From Octopus bimaculoides (lineage: Eukaryota), in contig NC_068990.1 in NCBI RefSeq assembly GCF_001194135.2, forward strand, positions 84,434,738 to 84,498,737: a stretch of 64,000 nucleotides of DNA, written 5' to 3'. A program made the translations under genes and the position numbers. Positions 1 to 12,819 of this stretch are shown piece by piece (positions within the stretch are counted from its first letter, which is position 1; each line of letters opens with the position of its first letter). The notes beneath the pieces are model-generated. The model was not told the origin of the DNA, searched no databases, and saw nothing but the letters and a program-made list of their open reading frames with translations.

Positions 1-145
1 TGTTATGCCTAGGATACCATATATTTAGATTTGTACAGTACCCTAGGCATAACATCTACATGAACTTCTAACTTGTTGTCTCTTGAGGTCTCTGGGTGAG
101 ACTTGGAGCCAACTTGTACAAATGCAAAACAAAAGTCAAACATAA

Positions 146-194
<49 letters not shown>

Positions 195-684
195 TAAAGA
201 AATAATATAATATGAAAACCATATTTGACATTGATACCACCATAGAAACCATCAAGCAAAAGGTATGTGCTAAAGCCGCCCGCATAGCAAGGTATGAAAA
301 ACGCGTCAGATTCTTCAAGGATAACATGTTCAAAAATAACCCCAAAATTTTTTACAAAAATAACCCCAAAAATTTAAGATAGGGAAGATACCAGTTACAG
401 TAAAGTCTGTCCCATCAAAAGAAGAAGTGCAGGAATTTTGGAATAAAATTTGGGCAGAAGAAAAAACACACAATGAAAAGTCCCCTTGGATTGATAGAAT
501 ATCTAAACTTAGACTCCTTAGAGGAGCAAAAGTGGGAGTGTTCAAGGTAGAAGATATAAGATCTGCTCTCAGGAGGTCAAGCAAATGGAAGGCTCCAGGA
601 AAGGATAAAATTTCTAACTTCTGGTTGAATGCCTTCCCGGAGAGCCATGAACTACAAACAAAACTTTACAACGCTGTTTTTTAA
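1..684 (+). mobile_element. R4/Dong-like non-LTR retrotransposon pieces: probable 3' end (1-145), (AAT)n (146-192), frameshifted fragment N-terminal to RT (193-684)
   Basis: Translation TIETIKQKVCAKAARIARYEKR...PSKEEVQEFWNKIWAEEKTHNEKSPWI...DIRSALRRSSKWKAPGKDKISNFWL resembles the region just upstream of the RT core in R4/Dong/NeSL-type elements. A 13-bp perfect inverted repeat (1-13 / 42-54) lies in the putative 3' UTR. Confidence 0.7.
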
Positions 685-1311
685 ATGTCCATAGAATACC
701 GTCAACGAAGGACAATTAACGAAGCCGAAGCATCTTTTGCCAGCTATCAATCCCCCAGTGTACAGGCGCATGCTAAGAGTAGGTCATTCGCTAAAGAAGA
801 AATAAGACTGCCCTGCCATTGTCAGGGTTCTGACATCCACTAGCCTGAATCAACTACGTCGGCTACCGCTCACGTCCTAAGCTACCGATTTTTCATCCGA
901 GTCTGTGAAGAAAGTCCATAACTCAAAATCCAAATTTTTCCGAAACAACAATGCCACACTATAGAAAAACTACATCCATATACGCATACATACACACATA
1001 TATACATACATACAGGCATGCATACAATCATACATTGTGAATAAACAGAAATGCAACTAGCACAAATGCACACATTGTTTGTGAGATTAAGGACTGTGAG
1101 TTCCAGGTCCTTCCAAAAGTAGATATGTTTCTTCTGGTATGTCTGGCACCTTTCATTTTCTGGCTCGATCTTCCTCTCCCCCTTCCTCTTTTAATTGATA
1201 TACGAATAAACACATTACGACATCAGTTTGCGTTCAGTAAACTAATGCGAAGTTTTCAGCTACCAGTAACACTGTCGATAAACATATTTTACCTTAGATA
1301 TTACTCTTTTC

Positions 1312-1343
<32 letters not shown>

Positions 1344-1369
1344 TACTCATTCTCTATCTATCTATCTAC

Positions 1370-1417
<48 letters not shown>

Positions 1418-2074
1418 ATCTCTCTTTCCTTCTTTCTACCTTTCTCTCTCTCTCTGAATATAATGGGACTGTGGATGCACTACTGATCTCCACAGTATAA
1501 GAGAGAGATCAGAGCGTACACAGACAATCGTGACTTGATAATACCTCTGGAATGCTTTTATGGGTAGTCGGAATGTCGGACTATAAAGAAGCTCGGGGAA
1601 TAATTCATAGCAAGCATATTCGCTAGCGGTCAATTAAATGCCGTTAATGTATAATTTTATTCTAAATTAAATATTTTCATAAATTAAAGTTTTGATAATG
1701 TGTTATTAAATTGTCAGAAAATATTCTTTGCTAATTACAGGCTGCGTCTTAGCATTTCGAGAATCATATGAGCAGGAAAATACAGTATATTGCACGTATT
1801 GTGAGGGATTATTTCGCACGAAATATGTTGATTAAATAACTAAAAAGTGTACGAAAATAATTAAATTAGCAATACAAAACAAAACGAAGCGAACTTAAAA
1901 TAAACTAAGAGACTTATGTCTTACCGAAAATGTAACAAAATACTATTTTATAATTAATATCACTCGACCTTATCATTCTAAGAAACTTAATCCCTAATGT
2001 TGATAAATGTATATTCTCTTTTTATCTTCAGATGATGCTGCATTCGTTAGTACTTTTCATTATTATGAGGAACA

Positions 2075-2500
2075 AAGGTGACGTACTGGCAAAAACGTTA
2101 GCAGGCCGGGCAAAATGCCGAGCAGCATTTCGTCTTTCTTTACTTTCTCAATTCAAATTCTGTTGGGGTCAACTTTACCTTTCATCCTTTCGATATCGAT
2201 GAAATAAGTACCAGTTAAGCACTGGGGTTAATGTAATCGTCGAGCTCCCTCCCCCAAAATTTCGGGCCTTGTGCCTTTTGTAGAAAGGATTATTATAAGG
2301 ATTTAAGGCGGAGAGCTGACAGAATTGTTTTGACGCCGGGCGAAATACTTAGTGGTAATTCGTCGCTCATTACATTCTGAGTTGGAATTCCGACCAAGGT
2401 CGAGTTGTCTTTCATCCTTTCGGAATCGATAAAATGAGTACCAATTGAGTACTGGAATCGATGTAATTGACTATCTCCTCCCTCGAATTTGCTGACGTGA
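2075..2500 (+). mobile_element. Two tandem tRNA-derived SINEs (family A: GGCGGCGAGCTGGCAGAA head, AGAAAGGATTATTA tail)
   Basis: Copies at ~2075-2295 and ~2305-2500 have a B-box-like GAGTTCAAATTC and align to each other and to 7100-7300. Confidence 0.8.
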
Positions 2501-2655
2501 AATTTTGCGTTAAACTTAGGAAGTCTGCTACAGAGACATTGGGCATGCTTCAGCAAGCTTACGGCGACGAGGCGCTTCAAAAGCGGAAGAACGTCCCTGG
2601 AAGACGGCGAGCGATCTGAAAGACCTGCCATGAGCGACACTCCGGAAATGTGGTA
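2497..2655 (+). mobile_element. Mariner transposase N-terminal (HTH) fragment, cut by the assembly gap
   Basis: KFCVKLRKSATETLGMLQQAYGDEA..KSGRTSLEDGERSERP, with an internal deletion/frameshift. Confidence 0.75.
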
Positions 2656-2680
2656 CTGTACATCGAGATTCCCCCCCCCC

Positions 2681-3081
2681 NNNNNNNNNNNNNNNNNNNN
2701 NNNNNNNNNNNNNNNNNNNNNNNNNNNNNNNNNNNNNNNNNNNNNNNNNNNNNNNNNNNNNNNNNNNNNNNNNNNNNNNNNNNNNNNNNNNNNNNNNNNN
2801 NNNNNNNNNNNNNNNNNNNNNNNNNNNNNNNNNNNNNNNNNNNNNNNNNNNNNNNNNNNNNNNNNNNNNNNNNNNNNNNNNNNNNNNNNNNNNNNNNNNN
2901 NNNNNNNNNNNNNNNNNNNNNNNNNNNNNNNNNNNNNNNNNNNNNNNNNNNNNNNNNNNNNNNNNNNNNNNNNNNNNNNNNNNNNNNNNNNNNNNNNNNN
3001 NNNNNNNNNNNNNNNNNNNNNNNNNNNNNNNNNNNNNNNNNNNNNNNNNNNNNNNNNNNNNNNNNNNNNNNNNNNNNNNNN
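2681..3081. other. Assembly gap (other gaps: 8967-9170, 31893-32038, 44827-45208, 54733-54742, 59968-59977)
   Basis: Runs of N. Confidence 1.
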
Positions 3082-3375
3082 GTAAATAAGTTATTTTTTA
3101 TTAAACATAACAAGTCCAGAAAATTTTCGATACCACCTCGTATGTGTGTCTGTGTGAGTAAATTTCTAAGATGCTTCATATTTAACTGAGGCTATGATAG
3201 AGAGGAGAAAGAAAAAGAGGCTGTTTTTTGGCAAATTATAATCTACAAAATATCAGATGAATATGCACCAAGTATCGTATGTAGTCAAAAATATAACTGA
3301 CATGTATCTACAACTGATCTAAATGACAGGCAGATGAGAGTTAAATTAAAAAGTAATCTAAACAGGCAATGTGTC

Positions 3376-3426
<51 letters not shown>

Positions 3427-4421
3427 GCATGTATGTAAAATGAAATGGCTAAAAACTGAATATAATTATGTCATACATGTTGCAGTAAATATATGCCTGT
3501 ATTAGGTATGTCTTACTCGGACATAAGTTCATGTCGTGGTGAGCTATTCTTTGCTGAGTTTTAGGTATGAACTTTGAAGCTAATTTCTGAAACGCAGTAG
3601 GAAAAAAGTTCTTTACTTCGTTATAAATCGAAGAAAACTGTTACGTAGAATGAAGCAGGGATCAATACATCAACACTGAACGGGAATGAACAAACAGCGT
3701 GGAGGAAGATGAAGGTGACTGTTGGGAGAGAGAAAAAATAAGTAGAAATACTTGAGAAAGAGGTAAGATGGAAGAGAAAAATAAAGAATCCTAATATGAA
3801 ATAGTTAATGTATTCGTGCGATTTTAACCCGGTTAAACTGCACCTGTTACATGAAGTCCCGTAAAAGGTGATGCTCCAAATGTCTGCATTTCTCGCATAT
3901 CTCTAATCACATGGAGAGGTTTTTAAGATTTTACATTTTCTTAACTGTGCACAGATAGTATATTTTGTTTCCTTTCTGATAGGCTTTAGAACTTTCGATG
4001 ATTTGCCATTTAATATGATAATCTAAGGCTTTTCTTTTAATTATCAGATGTACTCGGCTAATTTTGTTTGTGTTCTTTTTTTTTTTAATCTGTCTGAATT
4101 GAAAAAGAACGTATGATTATTGAATATTTCCTAAAGCTCCATTCCTGTCATATGTATGTACCGTTTATATGACACTGTTAGGTTGGGTTTTTATATGGTC
4201 CTAAAGTTTCAGGATTTCTCTGGTGTGCAATTATTTGCATTTCAGTATGAGCACGAGGCTTCAGTGTTTTTGGCGGATTGTATGATATATCTTTCGTGTT
4301 CATGAGGGGCTCTAGCATATTTTCAGGTTGTGTCTATTAAAATATTTTCTCTTTCTACGATTAGCAGAGAATTTAAGATTGAGTGAATAAAGTAGTGTAC
4401 ATTATGTGGAATTACAATATA

Positions 4422-5330
4422 CGAGGATAAATCAAAAATTATACGCACTCTTGTTTCTGTAATTTATCAAAAGAAAAGCAGAGATTGAACAATTACATCA
4501 TTTATTGACATACTCTCCTTGCTTTACGATACACTTCCAACGGAGAAAGTTTTCGGCTGGTTGAGCAGACATTAATGCGCCGCTTCCAGCACTTCTTTCT
4601 CTGTAGCAAATCATCGACCTCGTAAAAGATGTTTGAGCGATCCAAAGAGGTGATAGTTGGAAGGATCAAGCTCTGAACTGTATGCAAGATATTTCACCAA
4701 CTAAAAACCGAAATTTTCAACGGTTTCAACGGTATGGGCGGCTGCATTGCACTGCAACAGTAACACTCCTTCGACAATAGACCTCGGCGTTTGGTATGAA
4801 TTGCTGGTTTCAGTTTGTTGATCAGAATTTCACTGTAGCCTATACTGGTGACTGTAGACCTCTTTTCCAGGTAATGTACCAGTATAGACCATTTTGCGTC
4901 CTAAAAAAAAGGTTAGCATCACTTTTTCGACAGACGGTTGAGTCTTAAATTTCTTTTTCGCTAGCAATTCCGGATGTTTCCACTCCATACTCTGCCTTTT
5001 GGATTCTGGCTCAAAGTGGTGAACCCAGGTCTCATTTCCAATGATTATTCTCTCTAAAACAAAAAAGTTTCGCCTTTATCATTGTAGCGGTGAAATAAGC
5101 GTTGATAGATCTCCACACGATTGTATTTATGGGCTTCGGTAAGCTTTCTTGGCACCCATCTCGCTCAGCAGGAGTATTTGAAAGACACGAGACAGTTTTT
5201 GTATTTACTTGTTTTTATGATTAGTTCCTGTCAGACTACTGCCAAGGACTACGTCTGTACAGCATTAGTACCAATTGTCCGATTACGAATGGGACGGGGT
5301 CGCGAAAATATTTATTTGATCCGACGAGGA
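4422..5330 (-). mobile_element. Decayed mariner (DD34D) element
   Basis: TA|CGAGGATAAATCAAAAATTATACGCACT TIR at 4420. Minus-strand remnants GNETWVHHFEPESKRQSMEWKH, KKKFKTQPSVEKVMLT and PSNYHLFGSLKHLLRGRRF, with stops and frameshifts. The far end is uncertain. Confidence 0.85.
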
Positions 5331-5920
5331 TCAAATTTAAGAAAAACTAGTTTGCATAATTTATTCAGCTAACGTCAGTGAAAATAAGACAACCCTTTAT
5401 CTTAAAAAAAAACCCATTTCGATAGGTAAACAAAATACGATTATTTGAAAGTTTCCAGAAGACAAAAATTTAAGCAAGATGTTTGTCTGTTTTGGCAAGA
5501 GTTAAATATATATTCTTATTATTCATTTTGAAACCTTTCATCTTCAATATCTCATTAAAAGTGTATGGGGCACACAAAATATCCATTTCGATTTATTTAC
5601 TTATTCGTTTATGTCATATACGACAGCCAAAGTGTTTTAGTACGTTTCTCGTTGTGGCTAATTTTATTTTAATTGGCTCTGTTTTCGTCATTTAAGAGAA
5701 TCTCTGCGTGGGAATGGCATTGCGATAGAGAATGAGAAAGAGATATGGAGACAGAGAATTAGAGAAATAGAAAACAGTGACCAACTTTGTGGTCGTACTC
5801 AGATGATGATGAAGTAATACGTGTGTGTGTGTAGGTACGTATATTTATATATATATATAAGTATATGCGCGTGCCTGTGCATAGTCGAGTAGTATATCCT
5901 CAGTTATGGCATATAACCGG

Positions 5921-6264
5921 AAGGCGCATGGCTCAATGGTTAGAGCATCGGGCTCACAATCATGAGGTAGTGAGTTCGATTCCTAGACCGGGCTGTACGT
6001 TGTATTCTTGAGCAACACACTTTATTTCACGTTGCTTCGGTTCACTCAGCTATAGAAATAAGTTGCCAAGCTGTATCGACTTTTGACCTTTCTCTTGGAT
6101 AAAATCGGTGGCGTGGAAAGAGGAGGCTGGTATGCATGGGCGACTGCTGGTCTTCCATAAAACAACCTAGCTCAGACTTGTGCATCGGGGTGTGGGGGGG
6201 GGGGAGGAGTAACTTTCTGGTCGCAATCCCACGATCATTCATGACCGAAGGGGGTCTTTACCCC
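5921..6264 (+). mobile_element. Full-length tRNA-derived SINE (family D) with a 15-bp target-site duplication
   Basis: A box TGGCTCAATGG and B box GAGTTCGATTCC; ATGGCATATAACCGG at both 5906-5920 and 6265-6279. Confidence 0.88.
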
Positions 6265-7099
6265 ATGGCATATAACCGGTCACGAAGACGCCGTTGGTTT
6301 TGCGTCTGCTACAACACTTGGCAATATAGACAACTCATCAGCAGTAAAGTAACTAGGGGTGGGGGGACGAGGTGGCACGTGCCCCGGGCGCCGATTGAAA
6401 TGCCTGCACCATGACAATCAGTAAATCCCAAAGGCAAACATTGGTAACTATTTGACTGCATTTTGAGAAATTCTGCATTGCTTGTGGCCAGTTTTATGTA
6501 GGATGCTCAATAAATGATTGACCCGATCATCAGTTAACATTCATTTTCCATGCTGGCATGTGTTGGACAGTTTGACAGCAGCTGCTAAGGCTGAGAGTCA
6601 CACCAGCTCCAGTTGTCTATTTTGGCAAGGTTTCTACAGCTGGATGCCCTTCCTAACCCCATAATTTCTATATTTCTGTTTCTACTGGTAAACAAAAAAA
6701 AAAAAAAAAAAACTTGGTATTTTTAAGGCAGTGCTCTAGCATGGTCACAGTGAAATGACTGAAATAAATAAAAGAATAGAAGACTATCCTGAGGTACTGT
6801 CATAACAATGTTCAGAATTTCAAAGGTTATGATGAATACAGACCTGATATATAAATTAGGGCTCATCACAGCTTTTAATATAATTTATTAATCCATGCAT
6901 ATAATGCAAGTAGAATATTCAAAATTACAGATGATTGCTGATCACTCCAATTTCTGCACATTATAAAGAATGACTATATTCCCATCAGTGATTTGCTTCT
7001 CAATATCTCAGTTTCAACTACTCTACCTATTTTGCAAATTATTTTAAGAATTAAAGAATATCAAGAATGCAAGATAATATATTATTATGTTCAATAATT

Positions 7100-7300
7100 A
7101 AGGCGGCGAGCTGGCAGAATCGTTAGCACACTGGACAAAGTGCTTAGCAGTATTTCACTACATTCTGAGTTCAAATTCGCCAAGGTTGACTTTGCCTTTC
7201 ATCTTTTCAGGGGCGATAAATTAAGTACCAGTGAAATTCTGGGGTCAATGTAATTGACTAGTAAAACTTCAGGCCTTGTGCCTATAATAGAAAGGATTAT
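7100..7300 (+). mobile_element. tRNA-derived SINE family A copy
   Basis: AAGGCGGCGAGCTGGCAGAATCGTTAGC...GAGTTCAAATTC...AGAAAGGATTAT; aligns to the 2075 copies. Confidence 0.85.
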
Positions 7301-7788
7301 TTATGTTCAATGATAGTTTCAAACGAAATAAAAATGTTTTCATATTTACTTCATCCTGTGTTTTTACTTAATTTGCTTATATCATTTACACTTTTGAATT
7401 GAAAAATATACTGTTAATACCGTGTGTGTGAGACCATCACTGTTTTAAAACCCACTTTCCATGCTCGTTAGGGTCACACAGAATTCGTTGAGGTGAACTT
7501 TCTACAGCTGTATGACCACCTAGTCACCAACCCTCATCTGTTTCCAAGCAAGGTATTGTTTTCTCCACAGCCGGACATGGTTTCCACAGAAGACAGGAAA
7601 TGAGCAACACACACACAATGGGCTTCTTTCAGTTTCTGTCAACCAAACCCACTCACAAAGCTTTTGTTGGCCTGCGACTATAGTAGAAGACACTTGCCCA
7701 GGTGCAGTGCAGTGAGATTAAATTCAGTACCACATGATTAGGAAGCAAACCTCCTGACCACACAATTATAACCATGCTGCTTTAATTA

Positions 7789-7824
<36 letters not shown>

Positions 7825-8759
7825 CGTGTGCGTGTGCGTGTGTGTAAAACACTGTCCAAAATGTCCCATCCGGCTTATGCTAACATGAGGTGGACATAAA
7901 GACAATGTTGATGATACGTATATGTAGTCATGCCAACCCCAACCCTCAAAATACATAAGCTTCTTAGAAATTATATGGCATGCACCAATATATACATTGC
8001 AAATAACCAATGTGAGGATTCTATGAATCAATGCAAAACAACTGCAGCTGCCATCATTGCAGGAACTAACTACCAAGCTGTTACCTAACATTGAATTTTG
8101 GTAATGAAGTATACATACATGTGTGTGTAGTTCTGTTGCCACAGATGGGTGACTAGGTTAATATATTTAGTAATTTTAAATATCAGTATTCATTAAACAT
8201 TTGGAAAGTGTCTGGTATATGATAAGTTTCAGAAAATGCATACACCTGGCAAAAATTTGTTAAAATAAAATAATGTTTTTAGATATATATTTTCTTTTTA
8301 TTTATTCACTTATTTTCGTTTAAGAGTTTACTTTTTCTTTTTCTTTTTCGGAGGGTTGGTTAGAAATACAAAACGAAAAAATAATAATACAGGATTTTTC
8401 TTCTATGAAGGTGAAATGTAACAGAGTGAATGAGGGAGGATTAAATCCTCTTCAGATCTTGGTTTTTATGCATCATATGAATAAAAAGAAACCTACGGAT
8501 TATTATCAGTTTTCAACTTCAAAAACGGGTTAATATAAATAGTTTAATAAATTAAAATAAATTTAATATGGGGTTTGCAAAAAAAAAAAAAAGAGGGGAT
8601 GGAACAAAAAGATATCACTGTAGGGAGTGAAGTTAACATTGGAAGTCACCATCGTTTTAGTATTGGAAGTACCAAACAATCTAGCTGTACAAAAAGCAAG
8701 TGTTGGTCATTTATAGTCAAACACTATATATACACACACACACACACACTTATACATGT

Positions 8760-8762
8760 ATA

Positions 8763-8798
<36 letters not shown>

Positions 8799-9320
8799 AC
8801 ATGTATATGTACATATATATATATATACACATAAAAATATCATACATGTATATATCTAAATACATATATAGATATACATATATATATGTATATATACACA
8901 TATATGAGTACATATGTATACATGAATAGATATATACATATATATGAGTACATATATATACACATANNNNNNNNNNNNNNNNNNNNNNNNNNNNNNNNNN
9001 NNNNNNNNNNNNNNNNNNNNNNNNNNNNNNNNNNNNNNNNNNNNNNNNNNNNNNNNNNNNNNNNNNNNNNNNNNNNNNNNNNNNNNNNNNNNNNNNNNNN
9101 NNNNNNNNNNNNNNNNNNNNNNNNNNNNNNNNNNNNNNNNNNNNNNNNNNNNNNNNNNNNNNNNNNNNNNATGAATACATATATATATACACATATATGA
9201 ATACATATATATATACACATATATGAATACATATATATATACACATATATGAATACATATATATATACACATATATGAATACATATATATATATATATAC
9301 ACATATATGAATACATATAT
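8760..9320. repeat. AT-rich minisatellite (~26-bp unit ATGAATACATATATATATACACATAT) spanning a gap
   Basis: At least 5 units at 9171-9320 and variant units at 8870-8966. Confidence 0.9.
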
Positions 9321-9475
9321 CATCATCATCGTTTAACGTCCGCTTTCCATGCTAGCATGGGTTGGACGATTTGACTGAGGACTGGTGAAACCGGATGGCA
9401 ACACCAGGCTCCAATCTAATTTGGCAGAGTTTCTACAGCTGGATGCCCTTCCTAACGCCAACCACTCAGAGAGTG
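9321..9475 (-). mobile_element. 3' part of a SINE with an (ATG)n tail (family C, RTE-like tail)
   Basis: Reverse complement of the 12315-12469 copy with only 2 mismatches in 155 nt. Confidence 0.9.
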
Positions 9476-10837
9476 GCAAAGAAATACCTGTAGTGAGAAG
9501 CTGTGTTAGAGGAGGATACAGTGAGCTTGGGAAAGCGGATATAAAAATTATACTTATACTATCATAATCACCATTATTTAACAACCACTTTTCTATGTTT
9601 GCATGGGTCAGAAGGAAGTTGTTGAGAGATTTTTCTATTGCCAAATTCCCTTACTGTTACCAACCTTAACTTGTTTCCAAGCAAGGTAATATTTTCTCAT
9701 AGCTAGGCATTTTTCTCAGAAGCTTAGAAACAGCCTTGCTTCTATGACAATGATGCTCATTTACAACCATCACACACAACATTATGATTTTGCTACAAGG
9801 TCACAAGTTCTGTCTCACTACATGGCATCTCTATCTTGGAAAAATAGTTTCCTACTATAGCTTCAATCTAATCGGTGTTGTGAGTGATATTAGAAGACAC
9901 ACACGTGTGTGTGTGTGGTGGGGTGTATACAATGGGCTTATTTTAGTTTTCACCTACAAAATCCACTCTCATGGCTTTAACTGACCTGAAGCTATAAGCA
10001 GAAGAAACATGCCTAACATGCTACACAGTAGAACTGAACCTGAAACCACATGGTTTGAATGCATACTTAGGCACATGTACATGAAACTAAGTAGTAAAAT
10101 TTTAGTTCATTTAAGTGAAACATTTAATCTCTGAGAGTGCATAATGACTCAACATGTAGTCAATGCTATGACTTCAAGTGAATTAAATATGAAGAATAGA
10201 CTTCAAATACACCCCAGAATGGCATTACAATCATAACTGACCAAATTACAAAATTTAAAGTAATTAAGATTACTTAAATGAGCAACCTGCCAATGGTTAT
10301 ATATTACTATATACCTGTCAACACAGTATATAGTAATATGTACTATATTATCTAGCCCATACCAGCATGGAAAACATGGAAAATTGTGATGAAAGGAGAC
10401 AGAAAAAAGTTGTAACAGTACCCATAAGATTTGAGCACCATATCTCCTGTAAACCATATAACTGCTAACCACTATAACAAAGTGACATCACAACGTTATC
10501 TGTCCAAGTTAGAAAGCTTTACCTAAGATGCTTAAATTATATATATGTATTAGTTGAATAGAGCCAAAATACAGCCTGGTTTTCACATTCTTCACTAAAG
10601 TATTCCAACAAAATCAGCACCCCCACACTCAGTGCACTCATCAGACTTCAAATGTATTTCACTGACAGTTGAGTTCTTGACAACTTTAATACCTCTTAGA
10701 ACACTCCAGCCAGCCGGTTGGAGCATTCTAAGACGTACTAAACACATTTGAAATCTGATGAGTACACCATGCATGAAAGTGCCAATCCTGTCAAAATACC
10801 ATACTAAAAAATGTGAAAAACCAGATTATGTCTCAAC

Positions 10838-10843
10838 TTTATT
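10838..10843 (-). terminator. Candidate distal polyadenylation signal (AATAAA) of MOB4
   Basis: AATAAA on the minus strand followed by a GT/T-rich tract (gttgagacataatctggtttttc), ~2.45 kb after the stop. Confidence 0.2.
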
Positions 10844-10873
10844 CAACTAATATACACATTCACACAAATTCGA

Positions 10874-10909
<36 letters not shown>

Positions 10910-12287
10910 CACATAAATACACACATAATCATCATCATTTATATAAAATGTACACAAATAGGATTGCCCAGATGGACAACTGTATTTAGTTATAAATATT
11001 CGGTGTTAATATACTTATATTTTTATATTTGTAAATTTATGTTTTTATAATTTTATTTTAAATTAATCTGAGTAACTGATTTCAGAGGAGTAATGTTACT
11101 AAGGCACTAATGCTCCTAGAAAAGCATGAATGCCATAGTATTTCAAGCTTAATATTATTAACAATGTTTGCAGTGTCAAGTCTGAAAATAAAATTTAATA
11201 CAATAGACACTTAAAACTACTTTAAAACATTCCAAATTCGAACCAGTTCTTTTACTAAGCATAACACATTCTATTTTACTGCACCCACACACCACATTAA
11301 CCTTTTAACATTTAAATTGGCCATATCTGGCTCAAATATTCAACGTGCTTCATGTACAAACCAGGCAAGTCTGACCTCTCACACATACTCTAGAACGTCA
11401 TCCTAAAAATATATCATTGACATCTAAAAGCTAAGAGATAAAATGCATGGCTAACTCAAAACAATGTGAATAAAAAAACATTACATTTGACACTAATTTT
11501 AATGCTAGTGTATTAAGCAGAAAAGACTTCAATTTTAGCAAGCTGTCATATACTGAACAGGTGTGAAATTTAACATCCACCCCCACACCTTATCAATCTT
11601 TCACATTATATTACACCAAACTGCAGCTGAAGGATATTTATTTCATATTTTCATGAAAAATAATGTTCTCACAAACCACTTCCACTAGACATTTCCAGTT
11701 TATTATGACAACTAGCAATACCTATCAAAGTGAAATTCAAGTTTTCCTGTTTCATTCAAATATGCTTTCCCCACCTTGTTTTCTTTTAAGAATTCTCCCT
11801 TACCCTTCAATGACATTTCTATGGTTGAAAAGTAATGCACAAATAAAATATAAAAAAAAAGAAAAGAAAAAAGAGAGAGAAAAAAAAGAAAAGACCTAGG
11901 TGAAATTTGAGACCTTTTACATTAAAAATATTTAAACAAAAATCTGAAATACTTGAAAGAAGCTCTAAGTCAATTAGCTTCTAGTTACAGTTACTGAAAA
12001 CAAAGGATCTGATATTTTGAGAATTTAGACTAAAACTATAAGGCTATTTAAATATTTATATTTGGTTTTTGCTAGTTAATCATTGTCTGGTTATTTTATT
12101 GTTAACCTTGTCATGTTGTATTCCTGCTGTAGCAAGAACAGGTTAAACATTATCTCTGTCAGATACTTGGTAAAATGGTAATGGAAAACATGCATAAGAA
12201 AAAAAAAGATGCAGCCGATTTTGTCCATTAGCTTGTCTGCAATCGTTAATCTTTTACTTGTTTCAGTCATTACATATATATATATAT

Positions 12288-12472
12288 GCGGGTGACACGT
12301 AAAAGCACCCACTACACTCTCTGAGTGGTTGGCGTTAGGAAGGGCATCCAGCTGTAGAAACTCTGCCAAATTAGATTGGAGCCTGGTGTTGCCATCCTGT
12401 TTCACCAGTCCTCAGTCAAATCGTCCAACCCATGCTAGCATGGAAAGCGGACATTAAACGATGATGATGATG

Positions 12473-12473
<1 letters not shown>
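12288..12473 (+). mobile_element. SINE family C copy ending in (ATG)n
   Basis: ...AGGAAGGGCATCCAGCTGTAGAAACTCTGCC...CCATGCTAGCATGGAAAGCGGACATTAAACGATGATGATG; the same body occurs at 31060 and 60370. Confidence 0.9.
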
Positions 12474-12504
<31 letters not shown>

Positions 12505-12788
12505 GAATACATATATATATATATACACACACACATATATATATATATACACATACTTATATAGATATACACAGGTAAATACGTATACATACATATACAC
12601 ACATATATACATGTGTGTATGTAATATATATTCATATATAGGTGTATGTGTATGTGTGTGTGTATGTGTATATATATATATAAATGTGTGCATATTTACA
12701 CATGTAAATTATATATATATATACATATACACACATACACTATATATAATATAATATATATATGTATATATATTATAATATACATGTT

Positions 12789-12819
<31 letters not shown>

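Noticed and set aside
5921-5995. tRNA-like sequences (also at 19440-19518, 25779-25835, 38113-38180)
   Set aside because: They are SINE heads: A/B boxes are present but there is no complete cloverleaf or acceptor stem, and each continues into a repeat body.
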